Below are positions 26,161 through 37,914 of a stretch of DNA of 64,000 nucleotides, piece after piece. The DNA lies in the NCBI RefSeq assembly GCF_009914755.1, contig NC_060944.1. One strand, 5' to 3'. The stretch comes from the human T2T-CHM13v2.0 reference genome, Homo sapiens. Each line of letters starts with the position of its first letter. Within the stretch, counting starts at the first letter, position 1. The notes under the pieces are model-generated. The model was not told the DNA's origin. It did not search any database and worked only from the letters and a program-made list of their open reading frames with translations. The position numbers were made by a program, and so were the translations under genes.

Positions 26161-26254
26161 TGAGGGTGAGGGTGCGGGTGAGGATGAGGGTGCGGGTGAG
26201 GACCCACCCACACCCGCACCCTCACCCTCATCCTCACCCGCACCCTCACCCTCA
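26161..26254. repeat. Inverted repeat (TGAGGG)n-(CCCTCA)n; 94-nt hairpin
   Basis: 26161-26192 is the exact reverse complement of 26223-26254. Confidence 0.95.
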
Positions 26255-29200
26255 GTCCTCAGACACTGGGGTCTCCGGCTGTCTCCAACCCTTCAGTTCT
26301 TTTCAGTAGCCTCCTTCCCACCAGCATCACACAGAATTAGACCCTGGGACTACATTTCTGGCGGAAGGTGACTGCTTTTTCTAACCACGTGCCTTCTGCA
26401 GAAGCCGCTCCCCACGTAGCCCAAGCGTAGGGTGAGACTTGGCACCAGTGGCTGGGGTCGCTTTTGGGTGCCAGAGAGCCCAGATTCCTCTCCCTCCCAC
26501 GCGCAGCCAGGCCCTTCCTGCCCACGGACCTTGCCTTTTCTTGGTGGTTTTTCTAATCTGGCAAGCCTTGGGGGGCACCTGAGGCATTGCCCCTCTGGCC
26601 CAAGCCGCAGGGAGAGCTTGCGATGCTTTGGGTGGCGTGTGTCGTCCAGTCTGCCCCAGGCTCACTTGGGGCCCTTGCATTTGCCACTGGACTCTGCCTT
26701 TCGGGAGGCGCTGTGGACCTGAGATTTGGACCCATGGGCCTAGGAGGCCACCTGGGAGGAGAGTGGCCCAGCTGTGCCAGGCAGGTTCCTCATCTGGACA
26801 GAACCTGCTCCCTGCAGCCTCTCAAGCTCCCCGAGGGCCCTTCTGGGTCTTGTCTCTCCCACACATTGGGGGTCAGGTTTGAGCCCCTTTGCTGGCGGAC
26901 CTCTGAGCTGCCCGCCCTTCCCTCCCACCACCCGCCCTGCCTCCTGTGGTGCACAGGGCTCTCCTGGAGGAGGGAGGTCCTGGGCATCCCCTGCCTCCTC
27001 ACCTTCACCCTCAGGAGTCCCAGAGCCCTGGCTGCTCTGCACAGCAGGCTGGGAAGCAGGCCCTGTGCCCAAGGACTAGCCTGAGAACTGGGGAGGTCCT
27101 TTCCTCTTCCCCAGAGGACAAAGAGAGCTGTGAACACCACGGGTCTGTAAAGGGGTCCCCCCACATGCAGGAAAACATGAGTTGTGGCATCACTTACGCC
27201 TTCACTCACCAGTAGCCGAGGCACAGCGGGGGTCCTGAGCATGGGCAGGGCAAGCCACTTCCACCCCAGCCATGGAAGGAGGCTGAGGAGGCCAGGGCAG
27301 CAGTGGGGACCTGCGGCAGGCAGGGCCTGCAGGGCTCCGGGGCCGGACAGGGTGGATTTCCATTCTGAGTCTGTTTCCCATGAACTCCAGTGCTGACTGG
27401 GCCCACTTTGAGTAGGACGCTCAGTGGCTCATTCTCATTCTCATGATGTCTCTGTTATGGGTGGAAACTGAGGCAGAGAGAGGCCCGTGACCTGCGTGGC
27501 TTGGAGCCAGCCTCCGTCTTCTTCTCAAACATGCCCTTGAATGGCAGGAGAGTTTTCAGTTCCATGGATGGGATGATGAGTCGGAAGGAAGAGTAAACCT
27601 GCACACACCCGTGGCTTCACCCGTCCTCCCCACGCTCCCAGGTTCAGTGGGTGGAGACTGGGTGCAAGCAGGTTGAGGGACAGGTCCTTCTGGGCTGGCC
27701 CTGCTGCCGCACCCTGGCTCCCTCTTGCTCAGACAATCCTTCATTGTCGGCCCCATACAAAGCAATGGCTTCCTGCCTGCTCGCCTGTGCGAGGTCACCA
27801 GGTATGCAAATTGGGGTGTACCAGGCACAGCTGAGGCCCCCATATGCTGATCCCAGAGTCTGTGCCTCAAGCTAAAGAAGTGAAAGCTCCTTTCATTCAT
27901 TCATCCAGCTTGAGGAAGAGACCCTGGAGTGAATTTGGAGATAGAGGAGAGAGTCCCAGGTGTCTTGGGGGGCTGGTGTGGCAGGGGAGGCAGCTGAAGA
28001 TGGTGTGGGGAGCAGGCAGGTGCTCAGGGCGGGGCTGGGTGCAGGGCAGGCATGTGGCTGTGGCTGGCAGCCTCAGAGCCGTCAGGTGCCAGGAGGAGGG
28101 ACTCGGCTTTGCCAGGCAGTGCCTGGGCTGGAATCTGAAGAGAAAGGAGAACCGAGACCCTATGGTCCTGCCTGGCCTCCAAATTCTGAGTGGGGCCTGG
28201 AAGCCGGGACTGGGACATCCCCTAATGTGGAGGGGTGCTACCCACCCAGCCCAGCTCCAGGCCTCCCTGGGGACATTTGCTGGGCCACAGTAGGTCAGCC
28301 AGGCCAGGCCCAGGGGCTGGCAAGCTTAAAATAGTTTTCTCAGAGATCCTGCGTCCTTTCCACGCACTGCGCTGAGAGCGCTTTGCAGGGAGCCAGGCTG
28401 GGAAGTAAGTGCATGGGGCCTAGGGAAGTAGGTGGGCTTCTAGAAGTGGCACAGGCCGGGCTGTGTCAGCTGCCCACACACGGGGATACAGGCTGGCACC
28501 CCAGTTCCCACAGTCTGGGCTGTGCCAGCCACCCGCACGTGGCCACTAGCTCCTCCCAGGTCACTGTCCTGGCTTGAGAGGAGGGGGAGGAAGAGGTCAG
28601 CCGGATTCGCCTCTAAAAGACCCTAGCAGAGGAGTCAGGGCCTCCTATCCCGGAGATGCAGCTGACTGACCAGGCCAGCATGAGGAAATCGGAAGAGAAC
28701 TCTGGCCCCCATGGCCTCCTCCTAAAATAGCGGGCACTGACCCATACACAGGCGCACACGCACGCATACACCCTCCCCAGGCCTGCCCCCAGCCGGAGGC
28801 TCCAGGGACACATTATCCCCCGGCTGATCGCCTTGGCCTAATTCACACCCTGGCTGCCAAGGCCTCTGGCAGCAACATCCCCCATTCCTCCCCTGCGGGG
28901 TTGTTGTGGGTTAGAGCAGGGACAGGGCCTGAGGGGGCTAAGCTCCCAGGGAAAGGGCAGCTGGCTCTCTAGATGCACCGGAGGGGCGGGGTGGTTTGCG
29001 TTTCTCTCGGGCTGAGAGCCACCTAAGGCTCCGCCTCAGATGTTCTCCCATGGACAGAGGCATCAGGGCAGTGGGGAAAGGATGGGCCGAGAGGTGAGTG
29101 GGTGCCCTGGGGCAGGGCAGCCACAGGGGGCCTGAAGTGGCTCACGGGCGGGGCCACCAGTCAGGGCTCCGGGCCTGGGCACATGGGCAGGCTCTGCTTC

Positions 29201-29696
29201 CAGGGGCTCCTTCCCACCTGCCGGCTGCATGGGAGCCGTGTGGCCGGAGCCCCAGGGGAGACCTTGTCCCTCATTCTGGAGCAGCCGTCAGGAGTACAAG
29301 GCCATGGGAGAGGACCCTACTCCATGGAGGTGATGGACCCTCCTCCCGTGATGGGGCAGATTTCAGTAACTGTGTGTGCACAGGAGAGCTCAGCTGGTTC
29401 AGGCCTCCAGAAGGTTCCTGGGCAGCGATGGTGGTGGTGTGCTGTCAGAGCCTCCTCCCTAAGCCTGGCTCCCAGGGCCTTGGCTGATGACTGGAATTCA
29501 CTCCAGGCTCCGGGCCTCTTGTCCCCACCGGCCAGGCGGTTCTGATTCGCAGCCATGGGCAGCTTTTGCACCCAGCTCTCGAGTGACCGCCCCTGGGCTC
29601 CTCGTGGGTGCGACAGTGTCCTGGGAGTCCCTGAAGCCCAGGTTTCCCACATAGCAGGCGTTAGGAAGTCGGTACCAAAGTATGGAAGGACTGGCT

Positions 29697-30186
29697 TGTA
29701 TTAGTCTGAGTTATCCAGAGAAACACAACCAACAGGATAGGTGGAAAGAGATTTATCCTGAAGACCTGGCTCAAGCACTTATGGAAGGGGCAAGTCCCGA
29801 GACCTGTCGTTGGCAAGCTGGAGGCCCAGGAGAGCTGATGGTTTCGGTCCAGTCTGAGTCTGAAGGCCCAAGAACCAGAGAAATGCTGCTGCAGGTTCCA
29901 GCCTGAAGGCTGAAGACCCAAGAAGAGCTGGCATTTCAGTCCAAGCCCAAAGGCAGGAAAAGACCGAGGTCCCAGCTGCAGCTGTCACAGGAGGAGGCCC
30001 TCTCACTCAGCCTTTGGATCTATGTAGGCTCCCAACTGATTGGACGAGGCCCACCACCCTGGGGAGGGCCACCCTTCACATGCTAATCTCACTTGGAAAC
30101 ACCCACAGCACACCCAGAACGATGCTTGGCTAAATGTCTAGGCACCCAAGGCCCACTCAGGTTGACACATGAAATTCGCTATCACA
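29697..30186. mobile_element. MLT2 (ERVL) LTR
   Basis: tgtattagtc...ccagagaaacacaaccaacagga ... agtctgagtctgaaggcc ... ttgacacatgaaatt..atcaca; TG...CA ends. Confidence 0.85.
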
Positions 30187-33100
30187 GTGCTCTTGGCCCT
30201 GACCCTGAGACCATCGCACATAGCGTCAGAGGCTGTAGAGTGGGCCCTGCAGAGGCCAGGAAGCAGATGCCCTGGTGTTAGATGCAGTCAGGGTGTTCAG
30301 ATGAGGATGACAGTGGACTCGACCTGGGATGCTGACAGGAGCCAGGGTGGCCTGGGGGCTGGCCGCTGGCCTGTCCTTCACAGGGGGTGCAGTCTCCTGC
30401 ACCCCATGGCTGTCCCATCCCTGCCCCGGGTCTCCCACCCCCTCCTCTGCCACGTGGCTGCCACTGCCCGGCCTTCCACAACTGCCTTTCAGCCTCACCC
30501 CATCTGCAGACTCCTCATTTGCAGCACCGGGGTTCACCTGCATCTGGCCTCATCAGCAGGTGCAGTCTTATCTGCGTATAAACCAGCCCACCCCATGCAG
30601 CCAGCTTGGGATGAGAGGACGGTCATGGGGTCCCCGTGGCCCTTGGAGGGAGGCCTTTGGAAGAGGCAGGTCCTTTGAATTTGGTCTGGGGTCAAGGCTG
30701 CCTGCAGCTCCCTCCCCAGCTCCGTAGTGGGGGCTGTATCCATGCATCAGAAGAAGCTGCTGCCTTTTCCGGGGGAAGCTGAGGGTGTGGATCGGAAGAA
30801 GCCGCTGCCTTTTCCAGGGGAATCTGAGGGTGTGGCTCTGGGATGAGGATGAGGCTCCATCCTTCACTGTTACAGGGACCAGCTTGGGAAGCTGACGCAC
30901 CTTTTTGTCAAAACCAATTCCAAGTGGAAAGAAACTATAGGCAGGTGTGCATGTGTACACACACCTACACAGACGTGCACACACAGGATGCCAGAAAGAA
31001 GAATCAAAAGGACAGGCCTCCCTTCTTCCCCAAGCCCAGCTGCAATGTCCTGTTCCCCTTGGTGGGGCCAGTCCAGGGGCTAGGCAGCCTCTACGTGGGG
31101 CTGCCATGAGGCCCTTCCAGCCCCTGAAACTCCCCTGCCCCACCCCACACCAGCTTATCCATAATGGGCCTGAGACCAGAAAACCAAAGGTGTGGGCTGC
31201 CGAGCTGCCCGCCTTAACGCGGACCAGACATCATTACTCCAGTCTCCATTAGCAGTGAACGCAGAGGCGACGTTCACCTTCTCACTGAGCCATGAGTGCA
31301 TCTGCCTTGGCCATCTCGGAAGCTAGCAGATCGCAGAAGGAAAGCAACATGTGAGTGGCGCGGGTGGTCCTCATGGGCCCCAGCAGCATTTGTCATTGAT
31401 GGAACTGATGACCGAGACCAGGATGGGGGCGCTGGCTGCCTCCACCAAGCATGCGTCTGGCTGTCCACATTGCTGGACTCGGCTGCTGCGGCTAAGATGC
31501 TTTCATGTCCCACGTTGGGCTGGTTTTCGTGGCAAACGTTAGCCCTGAAATGTAAGTCCTGCACCGCACGTTCAGCAAGGACTCCCTCAGGTCCAGGCCA
31601 AGCCTTGACATACATGCTGGGCACCCACTTCTCCAGGCAGAGTTCTCATCCCTCTGGCTCACCAGCTCAGAACGGCACGCTCAGTAAATGCCAGTGCTTA
31701 GGACGTATCCATGTGAGGTCTTGGTACAATCCTGGAAACTTCCTTTGGGAAATGCATGAATGTGGGACCCTCCTCATCGCCGTGAGAGTCCAGAGTGTTG
31801 CCTGCCCAGCGTCACTCCACAACCCATCTGTCCCCTGGATGGCAGGAGCCAGGCCAGACGCCCCATCATAGCCAGCTTTTATGTTTGCTCCTGTTGTCCT
31901 TTAGCCCTGAGTCATGGAAGGCCCACCCTCCCCTTTCCAATCTAGACACCGCTGTTTTAATGGGGAAACGGCCTCCCAGAGAAGATTTCCAGCTTCAGAA
32001 GAGAACCCGGAGCTGAAACTCTTGGGCATGATGAAGATGGAATGGGTACTGTCACACACATGCTGCTTGCGTGAGATTCAGATAAGGGAGGCTGGCCCGA
32101 AGCCAGGTCGCTGCTGGATCTCAGAAAGACGTCAGAACGAGGCCCCAACGGAAGCCCCTGGAGGTGCACAGCTGGTGAGCTGAGTGGTGCCATGTAATTC
32201 TCATCGTCTGCGGCCGTCTGATGGGCATCTGTCGGAAGCCACATGGCTGATATTTAAAAGAGGATTTTAAATTTGCTGATTTAAATGTGCATAATAGGTA
32301 ACTTTCGGCTGAGCTTTACATATTTATGTCAGAGCTTTTAATTCAGGTAAAACAGCCTTCAGCTTGGAGCTGTTTGGACACCTACAACTACCTGTTCTTT
32401 CTCAGTTGTGGCTTTCATTTTCAAGAAGGAAGTCCTTCTGTTTCTCTGTGGCCATTGCTGGTCACGAAACTTAGCAATCTGGCTTCCTCTCAAAGCTATG
32501 CAGACGGGATCCTCCCCCTTCCCCCTTACCTGCTTTGGCCCCAGCGTCTGGTCCTGAGGCCAGGGCTGAACAAACTGCCTGTATGAGGCAAGCCCAGTGC
32601 CCGGGCGTTGAGCGGGTGTTTCACGGCAGCCAGCGTCTTGGTTCGCAATGGTTTACGTGGGCTTGCCCACCATTGAGCATCCCAGGGACCCCATCAGATC
32701 CTTTGCAGAAGTGCTGCCGAATCCGACCCACTCCCCCTGCCCCCGCCTCCCCCACCCTGCCCCGCCCCACACCCCCCACCCCCGCTCGGCCCCCCTCCCC
32801 GTGCCAGCACGTGCAGCTAGGCGGAACCTCTGAGCACTCTCCCGCCTGCGTCAGGCTGTTCCTTGGCCCTGTTGAGGCTCCTTCCCTTCATGTTCTGGCC
32901 CAGCCCGGAAATGAGGTCAAGTTTCTGCTATTTATGTGTGTGCGTGTGCACGTGTTTGTGTGTGTGGGTGGACCTTGACCTCCAGGCAGTCCTCAGGGTA
33001 GTTCTTGGCTCTGTGTTCCTGCACTAAGAAAAACAATGCGAGGGAAACACACCCACAGGCTGCCTGGGGAGTCTGCGTGGCTCTGAGCCTGGCCTGTCCT

Positions 33101-34444
33101 CCTCCGGGCCTCTGAGGTTGCTTTCTGTTTCGGCGGCCAGCGGCCGGTGGAGCCCTTGCGCCTCCTCGTCAGTCCCGCCCCGGGGCTCTTGCTCCTCCGG
33201 CTTTTCCGCTGACTCCTGGCATTCGAGTTCTTGTGTTACACATGCTCCTGGGACGTCATCCTTGTGACAGCTCGCTTCAGTAGAAAGCCTGTGGCTCGTG
33301 GGTGGCCGTGGGTGGCTCTCTGCCCCTTGGGGAGGCGTGGAGCATTGCTCTTACAATATGAATGTCTCTCCTTCCACGCACACTCCCTTTCTGACGCAGC
33401 AGGTCCCAAACCAGCCTGGCCTGCCAGCTCGTGGATAGGTGTTGGCATTGTAAATAAACGCCCGGGTGTGGCCGCGGGCACCCAGGGAGCAGGCCCCAGG
33501 CATGAATGCTGTGGAATCTCTGCTGTCCGAGGCCTCCAAATACGGCCTCAAACAGCCTCCCGGCAGTGTCCAAGGTCAACAGCGGCTGCACGTGAGTGCC
33601 ACACGAGCGTGCACGGCTCTTTCAGTAGGTGTCAGAAGGCAGCTGTGACGCAGACGCTTGGCTCTGGGGCCAGACTGCGGGGGCTGCATCCTCATTGCCA
33701 CCGGCGGGCTGTGTGGCCTCGAGCAAATGACTGACCCCCCTGGGCCTTCTTCCCCTACTGTGAGGCCTGGGACGGTGCCTGGTACACAGCTGGTGCTCAG
33801 TGTGCACAGCGGGTGTTAGCACCCTGCCACCCAGCGGGATTCTTCACAGCAGCTGCCCGCCTTCGTCCCAAGGAGCCTGGGGCTGAGGCATCCATTCGCT
33901 GAGAGGGCGAGACCTCCGATTCCACAGAGGAGCCCTGTGGGGACCGCGCCTCGGCAGAGGACGTGGCGGGAGGACCCAGAGCCCAGCTTTGGGGGCTCAA
34001 TCCTGAGATCCGTGTGGCCTTGGGGAAGGGGTGCTGGTACCGCCAGATCTCTCCAGACGTAAAACAAGCCTTGCCTGGACCTGGGGGAGATCCCATGGCC
34101 TGCTCCTGGCCTGACCATGCTGGGCCCGGTTTATCTGCCTTCACAGATGAAGTTGCCCCTTTATTAAAAAACAAAACAAAACAAAAAAAGCCAGCAATTT
34201 GTCATCCCCAAATGCTGTAGTGTCTGTCAGCATAGGCCTGTCCCGGGGCTGGTTCTCACTGAGGCCCCTGTGTCCCCTCGCAGCCCCATGGCGGATCACC
34301 GGCTGCGCCTCCGCTCCCACCCGCCACGCTGACCTTAGAGTTAGTGTGTCTGTTAAGCTCTAACTCTGCCTCAACCCCAAGGTCATCTCTCTGGGCCCTC
34401 CTCAGGCCTCTGTCATCTCCCAAATTCGGGGGCATATGTGACAC

Positions 34445-35090
34445 CTGTTTGCCTCCGTGGGGGCTGCTGTAAGAAATGACCACACACCAAAGGGCTTAAA
34501 AAATAGTTTATTCCCAGCCAAACACTGCATGTTCTCACTCATAGGTGGAGATTGAACAATGAGAACGCTTGGACACAGGGCAGGGAACATCACACCCCGG
34601 GGCCTGCCATGGGGTGGGGGGAGGGGGGAGGGATAGCATTAGGAGATAAACCTAATGTAAATGATGAGTTAATGGGTGCAGCACACCAACATGGCACATG
34701 TATACATATGTAACAAACCTGCATGTTGTGCACATGTACCCTAGAACTTAAAGTATAATAATAAAAAAAAATAGTTTATTCCCACCAGCTCCGGAGGCCA
34801 GGAACCCAAAGTCCACACAGGCTGTGCTCCCCCTGGGGCTCTGAGGAGGGTCCTTCCTGCCCCCAGTGGCTCCCGGGGCTCCAGGTGGTCCTGAGAGCGC
34901 CACGCCCGTCTCTGTCTCTGTCTGCAGGTGGCCTTCTCTGTGTCATCTTCTCCTCTAAAAATGCACCTGTCACCGGGTTTAGGGCCCACCCTAATCCAGG
35001 ATGATCTCTTCTCAGATCACTTGTCACATCTGCAAAGACGCTTTTTCCAAATAAGGTCATGCGCTCAGGTCCCAGGTGAACGTGACTGCC
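34445..35090. mobile_element. MLT1B/C-type MaLR LTR interrupted by an L1PA fragment
   Basis: gggctgctgtaa..aatgaccaca; tttagggcccaccctaatccaggatgatctc; acatctgcaaagac..tttccaaataaggtca. Confidence 0.8.
34517..34765 (+). mobile_element. 5'-truncated primate L1PA 3' end (~250 bp)
   Basis: Typical L1PA 3'UTR (catgttctcactcataggtgg...gtaccctagaacttaaagtataataataaa); TSD aaaaaatagtttattccca at 34498-34516 and 34766-34784; TT|AAAA endonuclease site. Confidence 0.95.
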
Positions 35091-35534
35091 CGGGGAACAC
35101 GGGGGGCACCGGTCCGCCCACCCCAGCCCCAGCGCAGGCCCAGTGAGCAGACTCTGTGAGGAGCTGCCAGGAGGATCCTGGGGTATCACCCAGCCCAGGT
35201 CCCCACGGGACTGCCTGCTGTCCCTGCATCTCCGTGCATCTCTGCGCGTCGCCGGCTGTGGCTGGAAGGAGACCCCAAGGCCGGATACTTAGGGCTTCGG
35301 ACTCTGCAGAGCCCTGAGCATGGCTGATGTGGCCCCGGCCTCAGCCTGATGTCAGTGGGCAGCATTTCTCACGCTTTGTGTTTTGGAGCCTCCCAGGTTG
35401 TGATGTTTCGTGGGCTGAATAAGCTTCCAGAAGCGCCGGGGTCCCTGTTGAATGTGATACAATGTGGCCCAATATGGACACGCCACCGCCCACCCCACCT
35501 TAGCTCCACAGTGAAGACAAAAGACCCCAGACTG

Positions 35535-35861
35535 TGGACTTAGACAACAGAAACGGGCCCTCTCTTACTGCTGAGGACCAGAAATCAGGGATCATGGTGT
35601 CTGCAAGGCCGGCCCCCCTCGGAGGCTGTGAGGGAAGGAGCTACTTCCGGCCTCCCTCCCGGGCAGGGGAATGGTCTGCACATCCACATTCCCTTTTTAT
35701 AATATGGACACCGGTCAGATTGGATCAGGGCCCACCCAATGTCCCTGTTTAACCTTAGTCACCTCTTTAAAGGCCTGAGTTTCAAAAACTGTCATATTCG
35801 GAGGTATTGGGGTCAAGGCTCCAAGACAGCTTCTTTTAGGGGTCACAATTCAGCCATAACA
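35535..35861. mobile_element. MLT1A-type MaLR LTR
   Basis: cttagacaacagaaa; ggacaccggtcagattggatcagggcccacc; acaattcagccataaca end. Confidence 0.75.
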
Positions 35862-35903
35862 GGAGGTGCCCCAGATGGCAAGCACCTTGAGGTCTGCGAG
35901 AAA

Positions 35904-36065
35904 GACCCTCCCAGGGTGGGGGCGGCACAGGTGTTCTGTATCACAGCAGCCCCGGGAAGGACCCTCCCAGGGTGGGGGCGGCACAGGTGTTCTGTATCAC
36001 AGCAGCCCCGGGAAGGACCCTCCCAGGGTGGGGGCGGCACAGGTGTTCCGCATCATAGCAGCCCT
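35904..36065. repeat. 56-bp VNTR, ~2.9 copies
   Basis: gaccctcccagggtgggggcggcacaggtgtt at 35904, 35960, 36016. Confidence 0.93.
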
Positions 36066-37118
36066 GTTTATTCGCCGGTTTATTTCTGACGGGGAAAGCC
36101 CTTAAGATGCAGAGAGGCTACAGCCACCTGGGTTCCCCAGAAGGCCTTGGGCAGTAGGGGGGAGCTGTTGCTCCAGGAATTGGTGTGGGGAGTGAGGCGG
36201 TGCCCTGTGGAGCCTCGGGATGGTGGGGAACAGGGCTGGTGAGGGCAGTGGGGCAGGGGCAGCGCAGGGTTCAGAAGGAAGGTGGCACGTGGGCACGTTC
36301 TCCTGGTAACTGGTCTACATGGCTGCCGACTGCAACTCCTGTTAGCCACAGGCTGACCCAGCAGCGGCCGGAGCTTGGCGGCCGGGGGTGTTTCCGGTGC
36401 TGGGGGCTCACGTGGCCCAGGAGGCTGCTTCCAGCTCATTCCTGCACCTCCCAAACTCTGCACGGAGAGGAGCTCCTTCCTCACGCCAAAGGGTGCAGAG
36501 AGCTGCCGGGTGTGAACTTAAGGAAGAACAAGGTCAGGCTCCAGGACCCCTGTGGAGTCCATCAGGGCCACTTGGCTGCAAATGGCAGGGGACGTGGCTG
36601 ACACAGCGAGCGGGGCCAGGGCGGGGTGACCTGGGACCCCAGTGTCTGACTCGGCCTCTGCGTCTCAGCTCCACTCTCCACCGCGTGGCCCCATCTCAGT
36701 AGGCCTTGCCCCCGTCACAGCCCTGACGCCACACCGCTGAAGCGGCAGCTTCTCCTTCCAACAGTTCTAAAAAGGGCAGGAATTGAGTCCCTGTGAGCAA
36801 GCTGGGCACAGCCCCCCACCTTTCCGCAGCGGAGCTGTGGCTGGGAGACACAGTGCCTGGGTGTGGGCCTGGCCAGACGCCACCCTGGATTTGGGAGGCT
36901 CTTGAGACAAGGCAGGCAGAGCTTTGAGCCACCCCCGTGATGGGTGTGCTGGAATGTTCCCTCCTGGATGTGCTGTACCCGTGGAGAGACGTGAGCTTGC
37001 TAACCAGACATTCTTCTCACAGGACACACCAGCCCCTCAGATACCACTTGGCCACTCCCGCTGAGGCCACTCCCACTGCGTGGCTGAAGCCTCGAGGTCA
37101 CCAGGCGGAGGCGCGGAG

Positions 37119-37914
37119 ATGCCCCTGCATCAGCTGGGGGACAAGCCGCTCACCTTCCCCAGCCCCAACTCAGCCATGGAAAACGGGCTTGACCACACCC
37201 CACCCAGCAGGAGGGCATCCCCGGGCACACCCCTGAGCCCCGGCTCCCTCCGCTCCGCTGCCCATAGCCCCCTGGACACCAGCAAGCAGCCCCTCTGCCA
37301 GCTCTGGGCCGAGAAGCATGGCGCCCGGGGGACCCATGAGGTGCGGTACGTCTCGGCCGGGCAGAGCGTGGCGTGCGGCTGGTGGGCCTTCGCACCGCCG
37401 TGCCTGCAGGTCCTCAACACGCCCAAGGGCATCCTGTTCTTCCTGTGTGCGGCCGCATTCCTGCAGGGGATGACTGTGAATGGCTTCATCAACACAGTCA
37501 TCACCTCCCTGGAGCGCCGCTATGACCTGCACAGCTACCAGAGCGGGCTCATCGCCAGCTCCTACGACATTGCCGCCTGCCTCTGCCTCACCTTCGTCAG
37601 CTACTTCGGGGGCTCAGGGCACAAGCCGCGCTGGCTGGGCTGGGGCGTGCTGCTTATGGGCACGGGGTCGCTGGTGTTCGCGCTGCCCCACTTCACGGCT
37701 GGCCGCTATGAGGTGGAGTTGGACGCGGGTGTCAGGACGTGCCCTGCCAACCCCGGCGCGGTGTGTGCGGACAGCACCTCGGGCCTGTCCCGCTACCAGC
37801 TGGTCTTCATGCTGGGCCAGTTCCTGCATGGCGTGGGTGCCACACCCCTCTACACGCTGGGCGTCACCTACCTGGATGAGAACGTCAAGTCCAGCTGCTC
37901 GCCCGTCTACATTG
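37119..37914 (+). CDS. SLCO4A1: SLCO4A1 exon 2 coding part (exon starts 37023); N-terminus and first TM helices
   Basis: Acceptor ttcttctcacAG before 37023; ATG at 37119; OATP motifs [35 protein letters not shown]; donor G|GTGAGT. Confidence 0.98.

Noticed and set aside
31460-31480. REST/RE1-like site on the minus strand
   Set aside because: Too many mismatches in the left half-site.
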